Positions 41,524 through 50,904 are shown, numbered from the stretch's first letter. The stretch: 64,000 nucleotides of DNA from Ignavibacteriota bacterium (GCA_963801355.1 CAWDEM010000004.1:640001-704000); one strand, 5' to 3'. Program-made: numbers and translations. Notes: a model not told the origin generated them from the letters alone.

Positions 41524-42930
41524 ATGAGAGCATTGATGAGGTCGTTAGGGAGTGCCATCATTACTATTCTCCTCGGTCTGGGAGCCGCGGGTTGCGGTGC
41601 GCTGAACGAAGACCTTCCCGCGCCCAACAAACCGGAATCACAAATCCATGAGACCGGCTGGAATGACCAGACGTCTGCGAACTTCCACGGTACAATCCTG
41701 CAGGCCGGCAACTATGATTACGCGAAGTGCGTGACCTGTCACGCAAAGTCGTTTGCGGGCGGGACCAGCGGCGTGGGCTGCTTTTCCTGCCATCAATCCT
41801 TCCCTCACAAAGCCGGCTGGCTTGATGCCTCATCAAACAACTTCCATGGCAAGTTCCTCCGCCTTGGCATGGGTCAGCTGGTTGATTGTGCGAAATGCCA
41901 TGGCACAGGGTTTGACGGCGGGACCAGCGGCAAGTCATGCTACACATGTCATGCCTCCTACCCGCACAAGTCCGGATGGTTGGATCCTGCATCGTCGGTC
42001 TCACACGGGAAATTCCTGAAGACAAAGAACTGGCAGGTGGTAGAGTGTGCACAGTGCCACGGAAGTGATTTTGCCGGCGGAAGCAGCGGGAAAGCCTGCT
42101 TCACATGTCATGCATCGTATCCCCACACCGTGTTTGTCGCCGCGTCCGGGCATGCGGGCTACCTGTTGAGTCACGGGTATCCCCTTGCTCAGTGCAAGAG
42201 CTGCCACGGCAACGCATATACAGGCGGATCGGTCGTGAACGTCTCCTGCTCAACCGCAGGATGCCATGTGGACAACACCGGAGCGGCTAAATCGCCGGAG
42301 GCGTGCAATACCTGTCACGGACAATTCCGCGCGTTGGCGAGCGATGCCCTCTCGGCCGCGCCGCCCAAAAGCGTGCTGGGTGATTCTCTCACGAGCGCGC
42401 GAGGGGTCGGCGCGCATGCCAAACATCTGTTGTCCGGCACCCTGGGCAGGCCAGTGAAGTGCGCGGAGTGCCATGCGAAGCCGGCGTCGTTGTTCGCTTC
42501 CGGACATGTCGATACACCGCTGCCGGCCGAAGTGGCGTTCAATGACACTCTCGCCCGACTGAAAACAGGGGGAGGGACCTTCGATCCCGCTCCAACATAC
42601 AATCCGACAACACTGAAGTGTGCCAACACCTATTGCCACGGCAACTGGCAGATGAAGAAGTCCGAATCCATTTATGCGTATATCTTCACGGACTCGGTAA
42701 TGGTCGGTGCCTCAGCGGGACCGTCGTGGAGCGAAGGAGCTTCGGTGGCATCATGCGGCAGTTGCCATGGCACAGCGGAGTCCGTCACGCCAAAGGGTCA
42801 CATGGCGTTCAATCTGAACAGCTGCGTCAACTGCCACATCGGCGTTGTCAATGGCTCAGGCCAGATCATCAATCAGGCACTGCACATCAATGGCAAGGCC
42901 AACAGCTTTGGTTCCGAGCGGTCATTCTGA
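41524..42930 (+). CDS. Outer-membrane lipoprotein multiheme cytochrome (11 CxxCH plus 2 CX4CH)
   Basis: Lipobox GAAGC, CSTAGCH and CANTYCH, Geobacter-type CX4CH...CxxCH...HING C-terminus. Confidence 0.87.
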   Translation: MRALMRSLGSAIITILLGLGAAGCGALNEDLPAPNKPESQIHETGWNDQTSANFHGTILQAGNYDYAKCVTCHAKSFAGGTSGVGCFSCHQSFPHKAGWLDASSNNFHGKFLRLGMGQLVDCAKCHGTGFDGGTSGKSCYTCHASYPHKSGWLDPASSVSHGKFLKTKNWQVVECAQCHGSDFAGGSSGKACFTCHASYPHTVFVAASGHAGYLLSHGYPLAQCKSCHGNAYTGGSVVNVSCSTAGCHVDNTGAAKSPEACNTCHGQFRALASDALSAAPPKSVLGDSLTSARGVGAHAKHLLSGTLGRPVKCAECHAKPASLFASGHVDTPLPAEVAFNDTLARLKTGGGTFDPAPTYNPTTLKCANTYCHGNWQMKKSESIYAYIFTDSVMVGASAGPSWSEGASVASCGSCHGTAESVTPKGHMAFNLNSCVNCHIGVVNGSGQIINQALHINGKANSFGSERSF

Positions 42931-42970
42931 CGTCACACTGAACGGCTAGGGAGCACACTCCCTGTGCAAT

Positions 42971-43012
42971 GAATCCCGGTTCCGCTCATGCGGGGCCGGG
43001 ATTCCTGCTTTT
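42971..43012 (+). terminator. Terminator hairpin ending the cytochrome operon
   Basis: gaatcccggttccgc-tcat-gcggggccgggattc (15-bp stem, 2 G-U pairs) followed by ctgctttt. Confidence 0.7.
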
Positions 43013-43029
43013 GCACTCCTGCAAAGGTT

Positions 43030-43045
43030 TTCCCAGAGATTGGAA
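43030..43045. promoter_or_regulatory. Putative enhancer-binding (UAS) palindrome, copy 2
   Basis: TTCCCA-gaga-TTGGAA, 97 bp upstream of TGGCAC. Confidence 0.55.
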
Positions 43046-43126
43046 TCCCATTGAGCGCAGAAGAGCGCAAATTCCCTCAAATCGCTATCTAATGGTCGTT
43101 TTTGCGTGTTTGTGATGGTGGACCGG

Positions 43127-43141
43127 TGGCACGCAACTTGA
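43127..43141 (+). promoter_or_regulatory. sigma54 -24/-12 promoter, copy 2
   Basis: TGGCAC-gcaac-TTGA, 36 bp before the ccmF ATG. Confidence 0.7.
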
Positions 43142-43176
43142 ACGGTATAGGGCACCCAAGCATCTGTGGAGTACCA

Positions 43177-45402
43177 ATGACTGTTCTTGCACATTATGTT
43201 CTGCTTCTTGCACTGTTGACCTCGGTGTCCTCGGCGGTACTGTATTTCCGTGCCGCCTCTACACGGGACGAAAGGTTGACCGTCCCGCGCGCACTGCTTC
43301 TCTCCAGCGTCTCACTTGTTGTTATCGCCTGCGCCATCCTGATCTTGTTGCTTATCCGGCATGATTTCAGCAATGCCTATGTGTACGGGTACAGCGATAG
43401 ATCGCTGCCGCTCCATTTTCTTCTCTCTGCGTTTTACGCAGGGCAGGAAGGGAGTTTCCTTTTCTGGACTCTCTGCTCGTCGCTCATCGCCCTCTGGTTG
43501 ATGCGGTCGCGGTCAGCTACACCAGCCGTGCTCACGGTCTACCTGTTCGTGAACTCGATGCTCCTGCTCCTCGTGTTTGCGAAAACCCCTTTCCACTCGA
43601 TCTGGGATGCGTACCCCGGCGTGCCGGCGGGCCAGATACCCGCGGACGGCCACGGCCTCAATCCGCTGCTGCAGAACTTCTGGATGGTCATCCATCCTCC
43701 CGTCCTGTTTCTGGGTTTTGCTCTGATGGGTGTGCCATTCTGCCAGGCCGTCGCAGCACTCTGGACACGGCAGTATGACGCATTTGCCCGGGACGGATTG
43801 GGGTGGGTGTTGACGGGTGCCTTCGTGCTGGGACTGGGCATCATGCTCGGCGCCTATTGGGCATACGGTGTGCTGGGCTGGGGCGGCTACTGGGGGTGGG
43901 ACCCTGTTGAGAACTCCTCACTGATCCCATGGCTGACGGCCATTGCTCTCGTGCATACGCTGCTTGCACAGCGGAGGACCGGCAAGTACCGCCGGACGAA
44001 CTTCTTCCTTGCCATTGTCACGTTCTTTCTTGTCATCTACAGCACATTTCTGACCCGGAGCGGGATCCTGGGCGATGCTTCGGTGCATTCGTTCTCCGAT
44101 CCGGGCGCATCGGTGTATGTCCTGCTCCTCATCTTTCTTGCATTGATCGCGGTCATGGGCATCGCCGTCATGGTCCTGCGCATGCGCGACCTGGCACCGC
44201 CACACGCCGGCACGGGATGGTTGACGCGTGAGATTCTGCTCGGTGCCGGAGCCATCGCGCTCCTGCTCTGCGCGGTGGTGATTCTCTTCGGCACAAGCCT
44301 TCCGATATTCTCCACTACCCGTGTCGAAACCTCTTTCTACGACATCACGAATCTGCCGGTCGGCATCCTTTTCGGATTGCTCATCGGCATCAGTCTGTAC
44401 ACGCAGTGGGAGGAGCAGGACATCCGCTTCACGATCCAGAAATCGTGGAAGGCTCTCCTCGCGGCGCTCCTCATCACCGCCGTACTCGTGGCGGCGGGGA
44501 TGCGGGACCCTCTGACGAGTGCAATGGTATGCACGGCGATTTTTGCGCTCCTTGTCAATATCGACATCGGGGCAAGGGGACTCCGCGGCGGCATACTGCT
44601 GCTTGGCGGCAAGCTGGCCCACATCGGTATTGCGCTGTTCTTGATCGGTGTGGTCAGCACCGGCGTGTACGATGAAACAGCACACGTCGGCTTGCCCCAG
44701 CACGAACCCGTGCAGGTGCTCGGACATACACTCTCCTACGACGGATACACTGTCCGCCCTGACGGCAAGTACGAATTTCGCGTCACAGCCACCGAAGGAA
44801 CACGGACATTTACTATTCTTCCGGTGATGTTTGAAGCACCCCAGCAAGGGATCATGCGGAATCCCGACATTGTCTCGTCGCTGACGTCGGACTTCTATCT
44901 GTCGCCGGTTTCTCTGGAGCCCGCCGAAGGCGGGACGGTGCCCGAAGAGCACGAACTGGCGAAGGGGGCCACAATCGTGCACGATAATGCCCGGGTGAAG
45001 TTTGTCCGGTTTGATATGGGCCCGGACAGGGGGGGAATGGGCGCACACGGCTCAACCGTGGCCATTGCAGCGGTGCTGGAAGTGGAGCGTGGCAAAGCCC
45101 GCGAGACATTATTCCCCGCCCTCGCACAGCGCGAGACGGGCGAAACCGACTACCGGCCTGCCATGTCGAAGCTGCTCGGGACAGAGGTGCGCCTGTTGAA
45201 GGTCAACGTGGGGATGGGTGATGCATCACCTTCGAAGATTGTCGTGGGATTTCAACGCGCGCATGCCCCACCGGCCCGGCCTGAGACATTGATGGTCGAA
45301 GCGAGTGTCAAGCCCTTCATCATTCTGTTGTGGGGAGGGACGTTGGTCATGATGGCAGGATTTGTCCTGGCAATCATCAAACGTATGAGGGAGGCAGCAT
45401 GA
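43177..45402 (+). CDS. ccmF: Cytochrome c heme lyase, CcmF/NrfE family
   Basis: GQEGSFLFW, GLNPLLQ..MVIHPP, WGGYWGWDPVENSS WWD motif, FLTRSG..SVHSF. Confidence 0.93.
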   Translation: MTVLAHYVLLLALLTSVSSAVLYFRAASTRDERLTVPRALLLSSVSLVVIACAILILLLIRHDFSNAYVYGYSDRSLPLHFLLSAFYAGQEGSFLFWTLCSSLIALWLMRSRSATPAVLTVYLFVNSMLLLLVFAKTPFHSIWDAYPGVPAGQIPADGHGLNPLLQNFWMVIHPPVLFLGFALMGVPFCQAVAALWTRQYDAFARDGLGWVLTGAFVLGLGIMLGAYWAYGVLGWGGYWGWDPVENSSLIPWLTAIALVHTLLAQRRTGKYRRTNFFLAIVTFFLVIYSTFLTRSGILGDASVHSFSDPGASVYVLLLIFLALIAVMGIAVMVLRMRDLAPPHAGTGWLTREILLGAGAIALLLCAVVILFGTSLPIFSTTRVETSFYDITNLPVGILFGLLIGISLYTQWEEQDIRFTIQKSWKALLAALLITAVLVAAGMRDPLTSAMVCTAIFALLVNIDIGARGLRGGILLLGGKLAHIGIALFLIGVVSTGVYDETAHVGLPQHEPVQVLGHTLSYDGYTVRPDGKYEFRVTATEGTRTFTILPVMFEAPQQGIMRNPDIVSSLTSDFYLSPVSLEPAEGGTVPEEHELAKGATIVHDNARVKFVRFDMGPDRGGMGAHGSTVAIAAVLEVERGKARETLFPALAQRETGETDYRPAMSKLLGTEVRLLKVNVGMGDASPSKIVVGFQRAHAPPARPETLMVEASVKPFIILLWGGTLVMMAGFVLAIIKRMREAA

Positions 45403-45665
45403 ATGAAGTGGCGGCGAAAACGCTCCGGCGCCTGCCGGCTAATGTCGGAGGACGGTTCTTCACCACCGAGGATTGCGATGGATGTGCATATTGCGCATCC
45501 ATTGCACCCGACAATTTTGATTACCAGAAGGAGACCAACACCTATTTCGTTTCCCGGCAGCCCCGAACGAAGGCCGAGGAAGATGAAATGATGGAGGCAT
45601 TGGAGGATTGTCCGGTGGATGCCATCCGTTTGGGAAGCGACGGCAACGGAAAGGTCCGGGAGTGA
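45399..45665 (+). CDS. Single-cluster ferredoxin
   Basis: CDGCAYC...CPVDAI; ATG overlaps the ccmF stop. Confidence 0.87.
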   Translation: MNEVAAKTLRRLPANVGGRFFTTEDCDGCAYCASIAPDNFDYQKETNTYFVSRQPRTKAEEDEMMEALEDCPVDAIRLGSDGNGKVRE

Positions 45666-46708
45666 AACCCGCTCTAGAGGCAGATCTGACGGTCGCCGGG
45701 CCGCTCGACGCCCCCCCATCCACCGGAAGCTGGACGGAGCAGATGATGTTTCTGCTCCGCTCCGCGGTGCTCGCACCGTCCACCTACAACACGCAGCCGT
45801 GGAAATTCCGGGTGACAGCAGACGGCGTTGACGTGTATGCCGATTATACCCGCCGTATGCCCGCGGCAGATCCAGACGGCAGGGAAATGATGATGAGTAT
45901 CGGGGCCGCGGTGATGAATCTGCGCGTTGCCGCGGCATTTGCAGGCTACATATGCGATGTCATCTACAACTACAGCGGATCGAGCGAAGAACCTCTTGCC
46001 TCCGTCCGCCTGACGCCATGCCGGGATTGTCCTCCGGAGACGCTGGATCTGGCCGGGCTCTACGGGTTCATTGCACAGCGTCACACCAACAGGCACCCTT
46101 TCCTGCTCAGCAGGATCCCCGCGGCAGTTCTGGAGCGGGTGCGCGGTCTTGCGCACGGGACCGATCTGATGGTGATGGTATCGACGGACGGGGATCGCAA
46201 CGAACGCATTGCCGACGTGATTACCCGGGGTGACAGGATGCTCCTGGAAAATGCGGATTACCGGCGGAATGTCTCCGCCTGGCTCCACATGCATGCACAG
46301 TCTCATCCGGACGGACTTCCGGCACAGGCTTGCGGCCTCGACGCGAAGGTGGTCGCTGCAGCCCCGTGGGCGGCGCGGGTAATCGACATCGGGAAGATCC
46401 GGGCTGCACATGACAGGCATCTCTGCCTCGAAGCACCCGGCTTGATAGCGCTCTGCAGCGAAGACCATGTCCCACACTATGTTGCAGTCGGTGAACTCCT
46501 TGAACAGATACTCCTGGTGCTGACAGGTGAAGGACTCCATGCCAGTTTCTTCAACATGCCGATCCAGGTTCCAGTATTGCGCACGCAATTGCAGCAGATT
46601 CTCGGGGCCGCAGTGCCGCCGCAGCTGCTCTTGCGCCTCGGCTACTCCCTCTCCGAGCCGATCCGGACTGCCCGTCGCCCTCTGGAGGATGTTCTGTTGC
46701 GTGTATGA
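45662..46708 (+). CDS. Acg-family FMN-binding nitroreductase
   Basis: AVLAPSTYNTQPWKF, DPDGRE..MSIGAA, RHTNR, PQLLLRLGY, TARRP. Confidence 0.85.
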   Translation: MKPALEADLTVAGPLDAPPSTGSWTEQMMFLLRSAVLAPSTYNTQPWKFRVTADGVDVYADYTRRMPAADPDGREMMMSIGAAVMNLRVAAAFAGYICDVIYNYSGSSEEPLASVRLTPCRDCPPETLDLAGLYGFIAQRHTNRHPFLLSRIPAAVLERVRGLAHGTDLMVMVSTDGDRNERIADVITRGDRMLLENADYRRNVSAWLHMHAQSHPDGLPAQACGLDAKVVAAAPWAARVIDIGKIRAAHDRHLCLEAPGLIALCSEDHVPHYVAVGELLEQILLVLTGEGLHASFFNMPIQVPVLRTQLQQILGAAVPPQLLLRLGYSLSEPIRTARRPLEDVLLRV

Positions 46709-46744
46709 CGGAGTTACAGGTTCTCTTGAACATCAGGAAATCAG

Positions 46745-48079
46745 GTGTCTATGGATACAACAAAGGACGGTCCCGAGAACACAAGCGATCAAAGTCATTC
46801 CACTGAAGCCCATTTGATCTACGGCCGCATGGATGATCCCCGGTGGGACTACAGTCATCATTTGTTGCCGCCCATATCCGCCTCAGCGACGTACCGCCTC
46901 GACAGTGCACAGCGGGGGGCGCAGGGATTCACGGAATTCGCGCACACGACGGACGAGGTGGATGTGACACGCAAAGTGCCCATCTACATTTACGACCGTC
47001 TCGGCGAGCCGAACAAGGACATGCTCGAAGAGAATCTCGCGTATGCAGAGGGTGGTGACATCGCGGTCACGTTTGCCAGCGGGATGGCGGCAATTTCGGG
47101 GGTGCTGGGCATTCTCACCGGCTCCGGCAGCGAAGTGCTGGCCCACAAGGTGCTGTACGGCTGCACCTATTCGCTGCTGACGAACTGGTACCCGCGCCTC
47201 AAGATCGGCGTGCAGTTTGTCGATTTCAGTGATGCCGCGGAAGTGGCTGCAGCGATTACAAAACACACGCGTGTACTGTACATGGAATCGCCGGTGAATC
47301 CCACCATGCGGCTCGTGGATCTCAAGGCGATTGCCGACGTTGCAGCCCGCGTCAATGCCGGCCGCGATCCCAAGGATCGGGTGTACACCGTTGTGGACAG
47401 CACATTTGCGACGCCCTTCTGCCAGCGTCCGATCGCTCTCGGCATCGATTTTGTCGTTCACTCCCTGACAAAAGGGATCGGAGGATTCGGCACGGATATC
47501 GGGGGAGCTGTGGTCGGGCCCCGGTGGAGCCACGACCAGTTGTTGTTGTTCCGGAAGGATTTTGGCGGCATTCTCTCGTCAAAGTCGGCCTGGCCCGTGC
47601 TGGTGGTGGGACTCCCTTCGCTTGCGGTGAGGATGCGGCAAATGCAGGCGACGGCGGAGCGCGTTGCCGAATTTCTTGAAACCCGTCCGGAAGTTGAGCG
47701 TGTGCTATACCCGGGGCTGGCGTCGTTCCCCCAGGCCGAGCTTGCCCGGCGGCAGATGCGGGACTTCGAAGGGAATTTCGCGCCGGGTTCCATGATCTAT
47801 TTCGTCATGAAAGGCGCCGGTCCCCAGGACGCGTTGAAGCGCGCCGAACGATTCATCAATACCCTTGCACAGGAAGCGTACTGCGTGACGCTGGCAGTCA
47901 GCCTCGGCAATATCCGCACGTTGATCGAGCATCCCGCGTCGATGACCCACTCGGCAATTCCCGCTGAAATGCAAGCAGCCAAAGGCCTGGATCCGGGCGG
48001 GGTCCGCCTGGCCATCGGTCTGGAGAAACCGGAAGATATCATCAAAGATCTTGAACATGTATTGAACCGCACCCGGTGA
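46745..48079 (+). CDS. Methionine gamma-lyase-like PLP enzyme (Cys/Met metabolism family)
   Basis: YIYDRLG, FASGMAAI, LYGCTY (MGL-type Cys), ESPVNP, HSLTK, LAVSLG..TLIEHPASMTH. Confidence 0.8.
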   Translation: MSMDTTKDGPENTSDQSHSTEAHLIYGRMDDPRWDYSHHLLPPISASATYRLDSAQRGAQGFTEFAHTTDEVDVTRKVPIYIYDRLGEPNKDMLEENLAYAEGGDIAVTFASGMAAISGVLGILTGSGSEVLAHKVLYGCTYSLLTNWYPRLKIGVQFVDFSDAAEVAAAITKHTRVLYMESPVNPTMRLVDLKAIADVAARVNAGRDPKDRVYTVVDSTFATPFCQRPIALGIDFVVHSLTKGIGGFGTDIGGAVVGPRWSHDQLLLFRKDFGGILSSKSAWPVLVVGLPSLAVRMRQMQATAERVAEFLETRPEVERVLYPGLASFPQAELARRQMRDFEGNFAPGSMIYFVMKGAGPQDALKRAERFINTLAQEAYCVTLAVSLGNIRTLIEHPASMTHSAIPAEMQAAKGLDPGGVRLAIGLEKPEDIIKDLEHVLNRTR

Positions 48080-48135
48080 GGCACAGTCCGCCGGGTGGTG
48101 TATGAACAACCCAAGCCCAGGAAGGAGAATCGCTG

Positions 48136-48426
48136 ATGGCCAAAGGTAAAGTGACTTTTGACATCGAAACCTGCAAGGGATGTGAACTCTGCATTGAAGC
48201 ATGTCCCCAGGAGAGTCTCGCACTCTCCCCGAAAATCAACGCTCAGGGTTACCATTATGCAGTGCTGGTAAAAGACAACTGTACGGGGTGCACGAATTGT
48301 GCGCTTGTGTGTCCCGATGCCGTCATCACGGTGTACCGTGAAAAGAAGAAGGGGAAGACCCCTATTGCGCGGATCACCAACGTGACGCAGAACATCACCG
48401 TGACGATTGACGACGAAAGGAAATAG
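48136..48426 (+). CDS. 2-oxoacid:ferredoxin oxidoreductase delta (2x[4Fe-4S]) subunit
   Basis: CKGCELCIEACP, CTGCTNCALVCP. Confidence 0.9.
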   Translation: MAKGKVTFDIETCKGCELCIEACPQESLALSPKINAQGYHYAVLVKDNCTGCTNCALVCPDAVITVYREKKKGKTPIARITNVTQNITVTIDDERK

Positions 48427-48428
48427 CC

Positions 48429-49517
48429 GTGGGAGACATTCGACTCATGAAAGGCAATGAGGCGCTGGCGGAGGCGGCGATTCGCGCAGGCTGCCAGGCC
48501 TACTTTGGATATCCCATTACCCCGCAGTCCGAAGTGCTGGAATATCTCGCAGGCGAAGGGCGCAAACGCGGCATGATCGTCTTGCAGGCCGAAAGCGAAG
48601 TAGCTTCGATCAATATGGTATTCGGCGGAGCAGGTGCTGGTGCGCGCGTGATGACCTCCTCCTCAAGTCCCGGAATCAGCCTGATGCAGGAAGGCATATC
48701 GTACATTGCCTGCGCGGAGCTGCCGTGTCTGATCGTGAACGTCAATCGTGGCGGCCCCGGTCTCGGCACCATACAACCGTCGCAGGGTGACTACTTCCAG
48801 TCGGTGAAAGGAGGCGGCCATGGCGACTACCGTCTCATCGTCCTCGCGCCGTCCGGCGTGCAGGAGATGGCGGATTTTGTGTACGATGCGTTTGATCTTG
48901 CCGACACATACCGGACACCGGTGCTGATTCTTGCTGATGGGGCCCTCGGACAGATGATGGAGAAAGTGGAATTCCGTGACTACGTTCCTGCCGAGCACAT
49001 TCCGCCGAAGCCCTGGGCGACCACGGGAAAGGGCAAGGAGCATCCCCGGACGTTCATCACGACGCTCCACATGCAGCCCGAACAGATGGAAGAAGTGAAC
49101 CGGCACCTGCAGGCAAAATTCCAGAAGATTGCTGAACGTGAGGTCCGGTACGAACTCGTGAACACGGAAGACGCGGAGTATGTGATTGTTGCTTATGGCC
49201 TTGCCGCGCGGATTGCCCATCGCGCGGTGCAGCTTCTGCGTAAGGAAGGAATCCGGGTAGGTCTGCTGCGGCCGATCACCTTGTGGCCCTATCCCTCGGC
49301 GGTGTTGCGGACACTGGCGCCGGGGTTGCAGGGAGTGCTCGTGGTCGAAATGAATTCAGGGCAAATGGTGGAGGATGTCCGTCTCGCGGTCGAAGGGCGC
49401 ACACCGGTGCATTTCTACGGGCGGATGGGAGGCATCATCCCCGCCCCGGATGAAGTCGTGAGTGCATTGCGCTCGATGATCCACACCGAGGTTCCACAAG
49501 CGGCGGAGGCGCACTGA
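48429..49517 (+). CDS. vorB: 2-oxoacid:ferredoxin oxidoreductase alpha subunit (VorB-type)
   Basis: MKGNEA, YFGYPITPQSE, QAESE, TSSSSPG, RGGPGLG. Confidence 0.88.
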   Translation: MGDIRLMKGNEALAEAAIRAGCQAYFGYPITPQSEVLEYLAGEGRKRGMIVLQAESEVASINMVFGGAGAGARVMTSSSSPGISLMQEGISYIACAELPCLIVNVNRGGPGLGTIQPSQGDYFQSVKGGGHGDYRLIVLAPSGVQEMADFVYDAFDLADTYRTPVLILADGALGQMMEKVEFRDYVPAEHIPPKPWATTGKGKEHPRTFITTLHMQPEQMEEVNRHLQAKFQKIAEREVRYELVNTEDAEYVIVAYGLAARIAHRAVQLLRKEGIRVGLLRPITLWPYPSAVLRTLAPGLQGVLVVEMNSGQMVEDVRLAVEGRTPVHFYGRMGGIIPAPDEVVSALRSMIHTEVPQAAEAH

Positions 49518-49518
49518 C

Positions 49519-50304
49519 ATGTCTCAGGAAACCACACAGGATCTGACGGTGGAAGAGCAGGAACTGCTCGAGTGCGTCTACGCAAAGCCGCATACCCTCA
49601 CCGATACACGGTTCCATTACTGCCCCGGCTGCGGCCACAGCGTTATCCACCGGGTATTGATGGAGGTGATTGAGGAACTGGACATACAGGACAAGACCAT
49701 CGGTATCGCGCCGGTGGGTTGTTCGGTCTTCGCCTACAACTACATGAATATCGACATGCAGGGCACCGCGCACGGAAGAGCGAGCGCTGTCGCAACGGCG
49801 GTCAAACGCATTCTCCCGGACAGATACGTGTTCTCCTATCAGGGAGACGGCGATCTTGCGGCGATCGGTACCGCGGAGACCATCCATACTTGTAATCGCG
49901 GCGAGAACATCATGATCGTGTTCATCAACAATGCGATCTATGGCATGACCGGCGGGCAGATGGCTCCCACAACGCTGATCGGCATGAAGACGTCGACTTC
50001 ACCCACCGGCCGCAACGTGGAGACCGGCGGCTATCCGATAAGGATGACGGAGATCGTGGCAACGTTCCCGGGTGTGTACTACGTGACGCGCCAGTCCGTG
50101 CACACGCCCAATGCCGTCCGGCAACTCAAGAAGGCCTTCACCAAGGGCTTTCAATATCAGAAGGAAAAGAAAGGCACATGTTTCATTGAAGTAGTCTCCA
50201 ATTGTCCCTCCGGGTGGAAGATGACCCCGCTCCAGGCAAATGAGTGGCTGGTGGAGAACATGTTCCCCTTCTATCCGCCCGGCGACATCAAAGTCCCGAA
50301 ATGA
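49519..50304 (+). CDS. 2-oxoacid:ferredoxin oxidoreductase beta (TPP-binding) subunit
   Basis: YCPGCGH, PVGC, HGRA, QGDGD, NNAIYGMTGGQ, CP. Confidence 0.92.
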   Translation: MSQETTQDLTVEEQELLECVYAKPHTLTDTRFHYCPGCGHSVIHRVLMEVIEELDIQDKTIGIAPVGCSVFAYNYMNIDMQGTAHGRASAVATAVKRILPDRYVFSYQGDGDLAAIGTAETIHTCNRGENIMIVFINNAIYGMTGGQMAPTTLIGMKTSTSPTGRNVETGGYPIRMTEIVATFPGVYYVTRQSVHTPNAVRQLKKAFTKGFQYQKEKKGTCFIEVVSNCPSGWKMTPLQANEWLVENMFPFYPPGDIKVPK

Positions 50305-50343
50305 ACTGAACGAATCGCAGACTGTCGACAAAAGGATGCACTT

Positions 50344-50895
50344 ATGACTCATGAACTCTTAGCCGCCGGCTTTGGCGGACAGGGTGTGCTCTCGTTGGGA
50401 GCGACCCTGGCGTATGCCGGCATGATCGAGAACAAGGAAATCACCTGGATGCCTTCGTACGGTCCGGAAATGCGCGGTGGGACGGCGAATTGCATCATCA
50501 TTGTCTCGGACGAACGGATCAGTTCGCCTATCGTCACGACCTTTGATACGGTCATCGCGCTGAACCAGCCGTCGCTCGAAAAATTTGAAAAGGCCGTGAA
50601 GCCCGGCGGGCTGTTGATTTATGACTCGACGAGCATGCTGACGCCGCCGCGCCGCACGGATATCCAGGTGGTCCCGATCCCCGCGGGGGATGAGGCCTTG
50701 AAGCTGAAGAACACCAAAGTGCTGAACATGATCGTTCTGGGCGCTTTTCTCGAGAGAACCCATGTCGTGGAAATCGATGCGATCATGAAAGCCCTGCGCA
50801 AGGCCCTGCCCGAACGGTACCATAACCTGTTACCGCTGAACGAGCAGGCATTGCGGCGGGGAATGGAACTCGCCGGCCAACCGGCAATGGTCTGA
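50344..50895 (+). CDS. 2-oxoacid:ferredoxin oxidoreductase gamma subunit
   Basis: AGFGGQG, PSYGPEMRGG. Confidence 0.92.
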   Translation: MTHELLAAGFGGQGVLSLGATLAYAGMIENKEITWMPSYGPEMRGGTANCIIIVSDERISSPIVTTFDTVIALNQPSLEKFEKAVKPGGLLIYDSTSMLTPPRRTDIQVVPIPAGDEALKLKNTKVLNMIVLGAFLERTHVVEIDAIMKALRKALPERYHNLLPLNEQALRRGMELAGQPAMV

Positions 50896-50904
50896 CGGGG
50901 CAGA

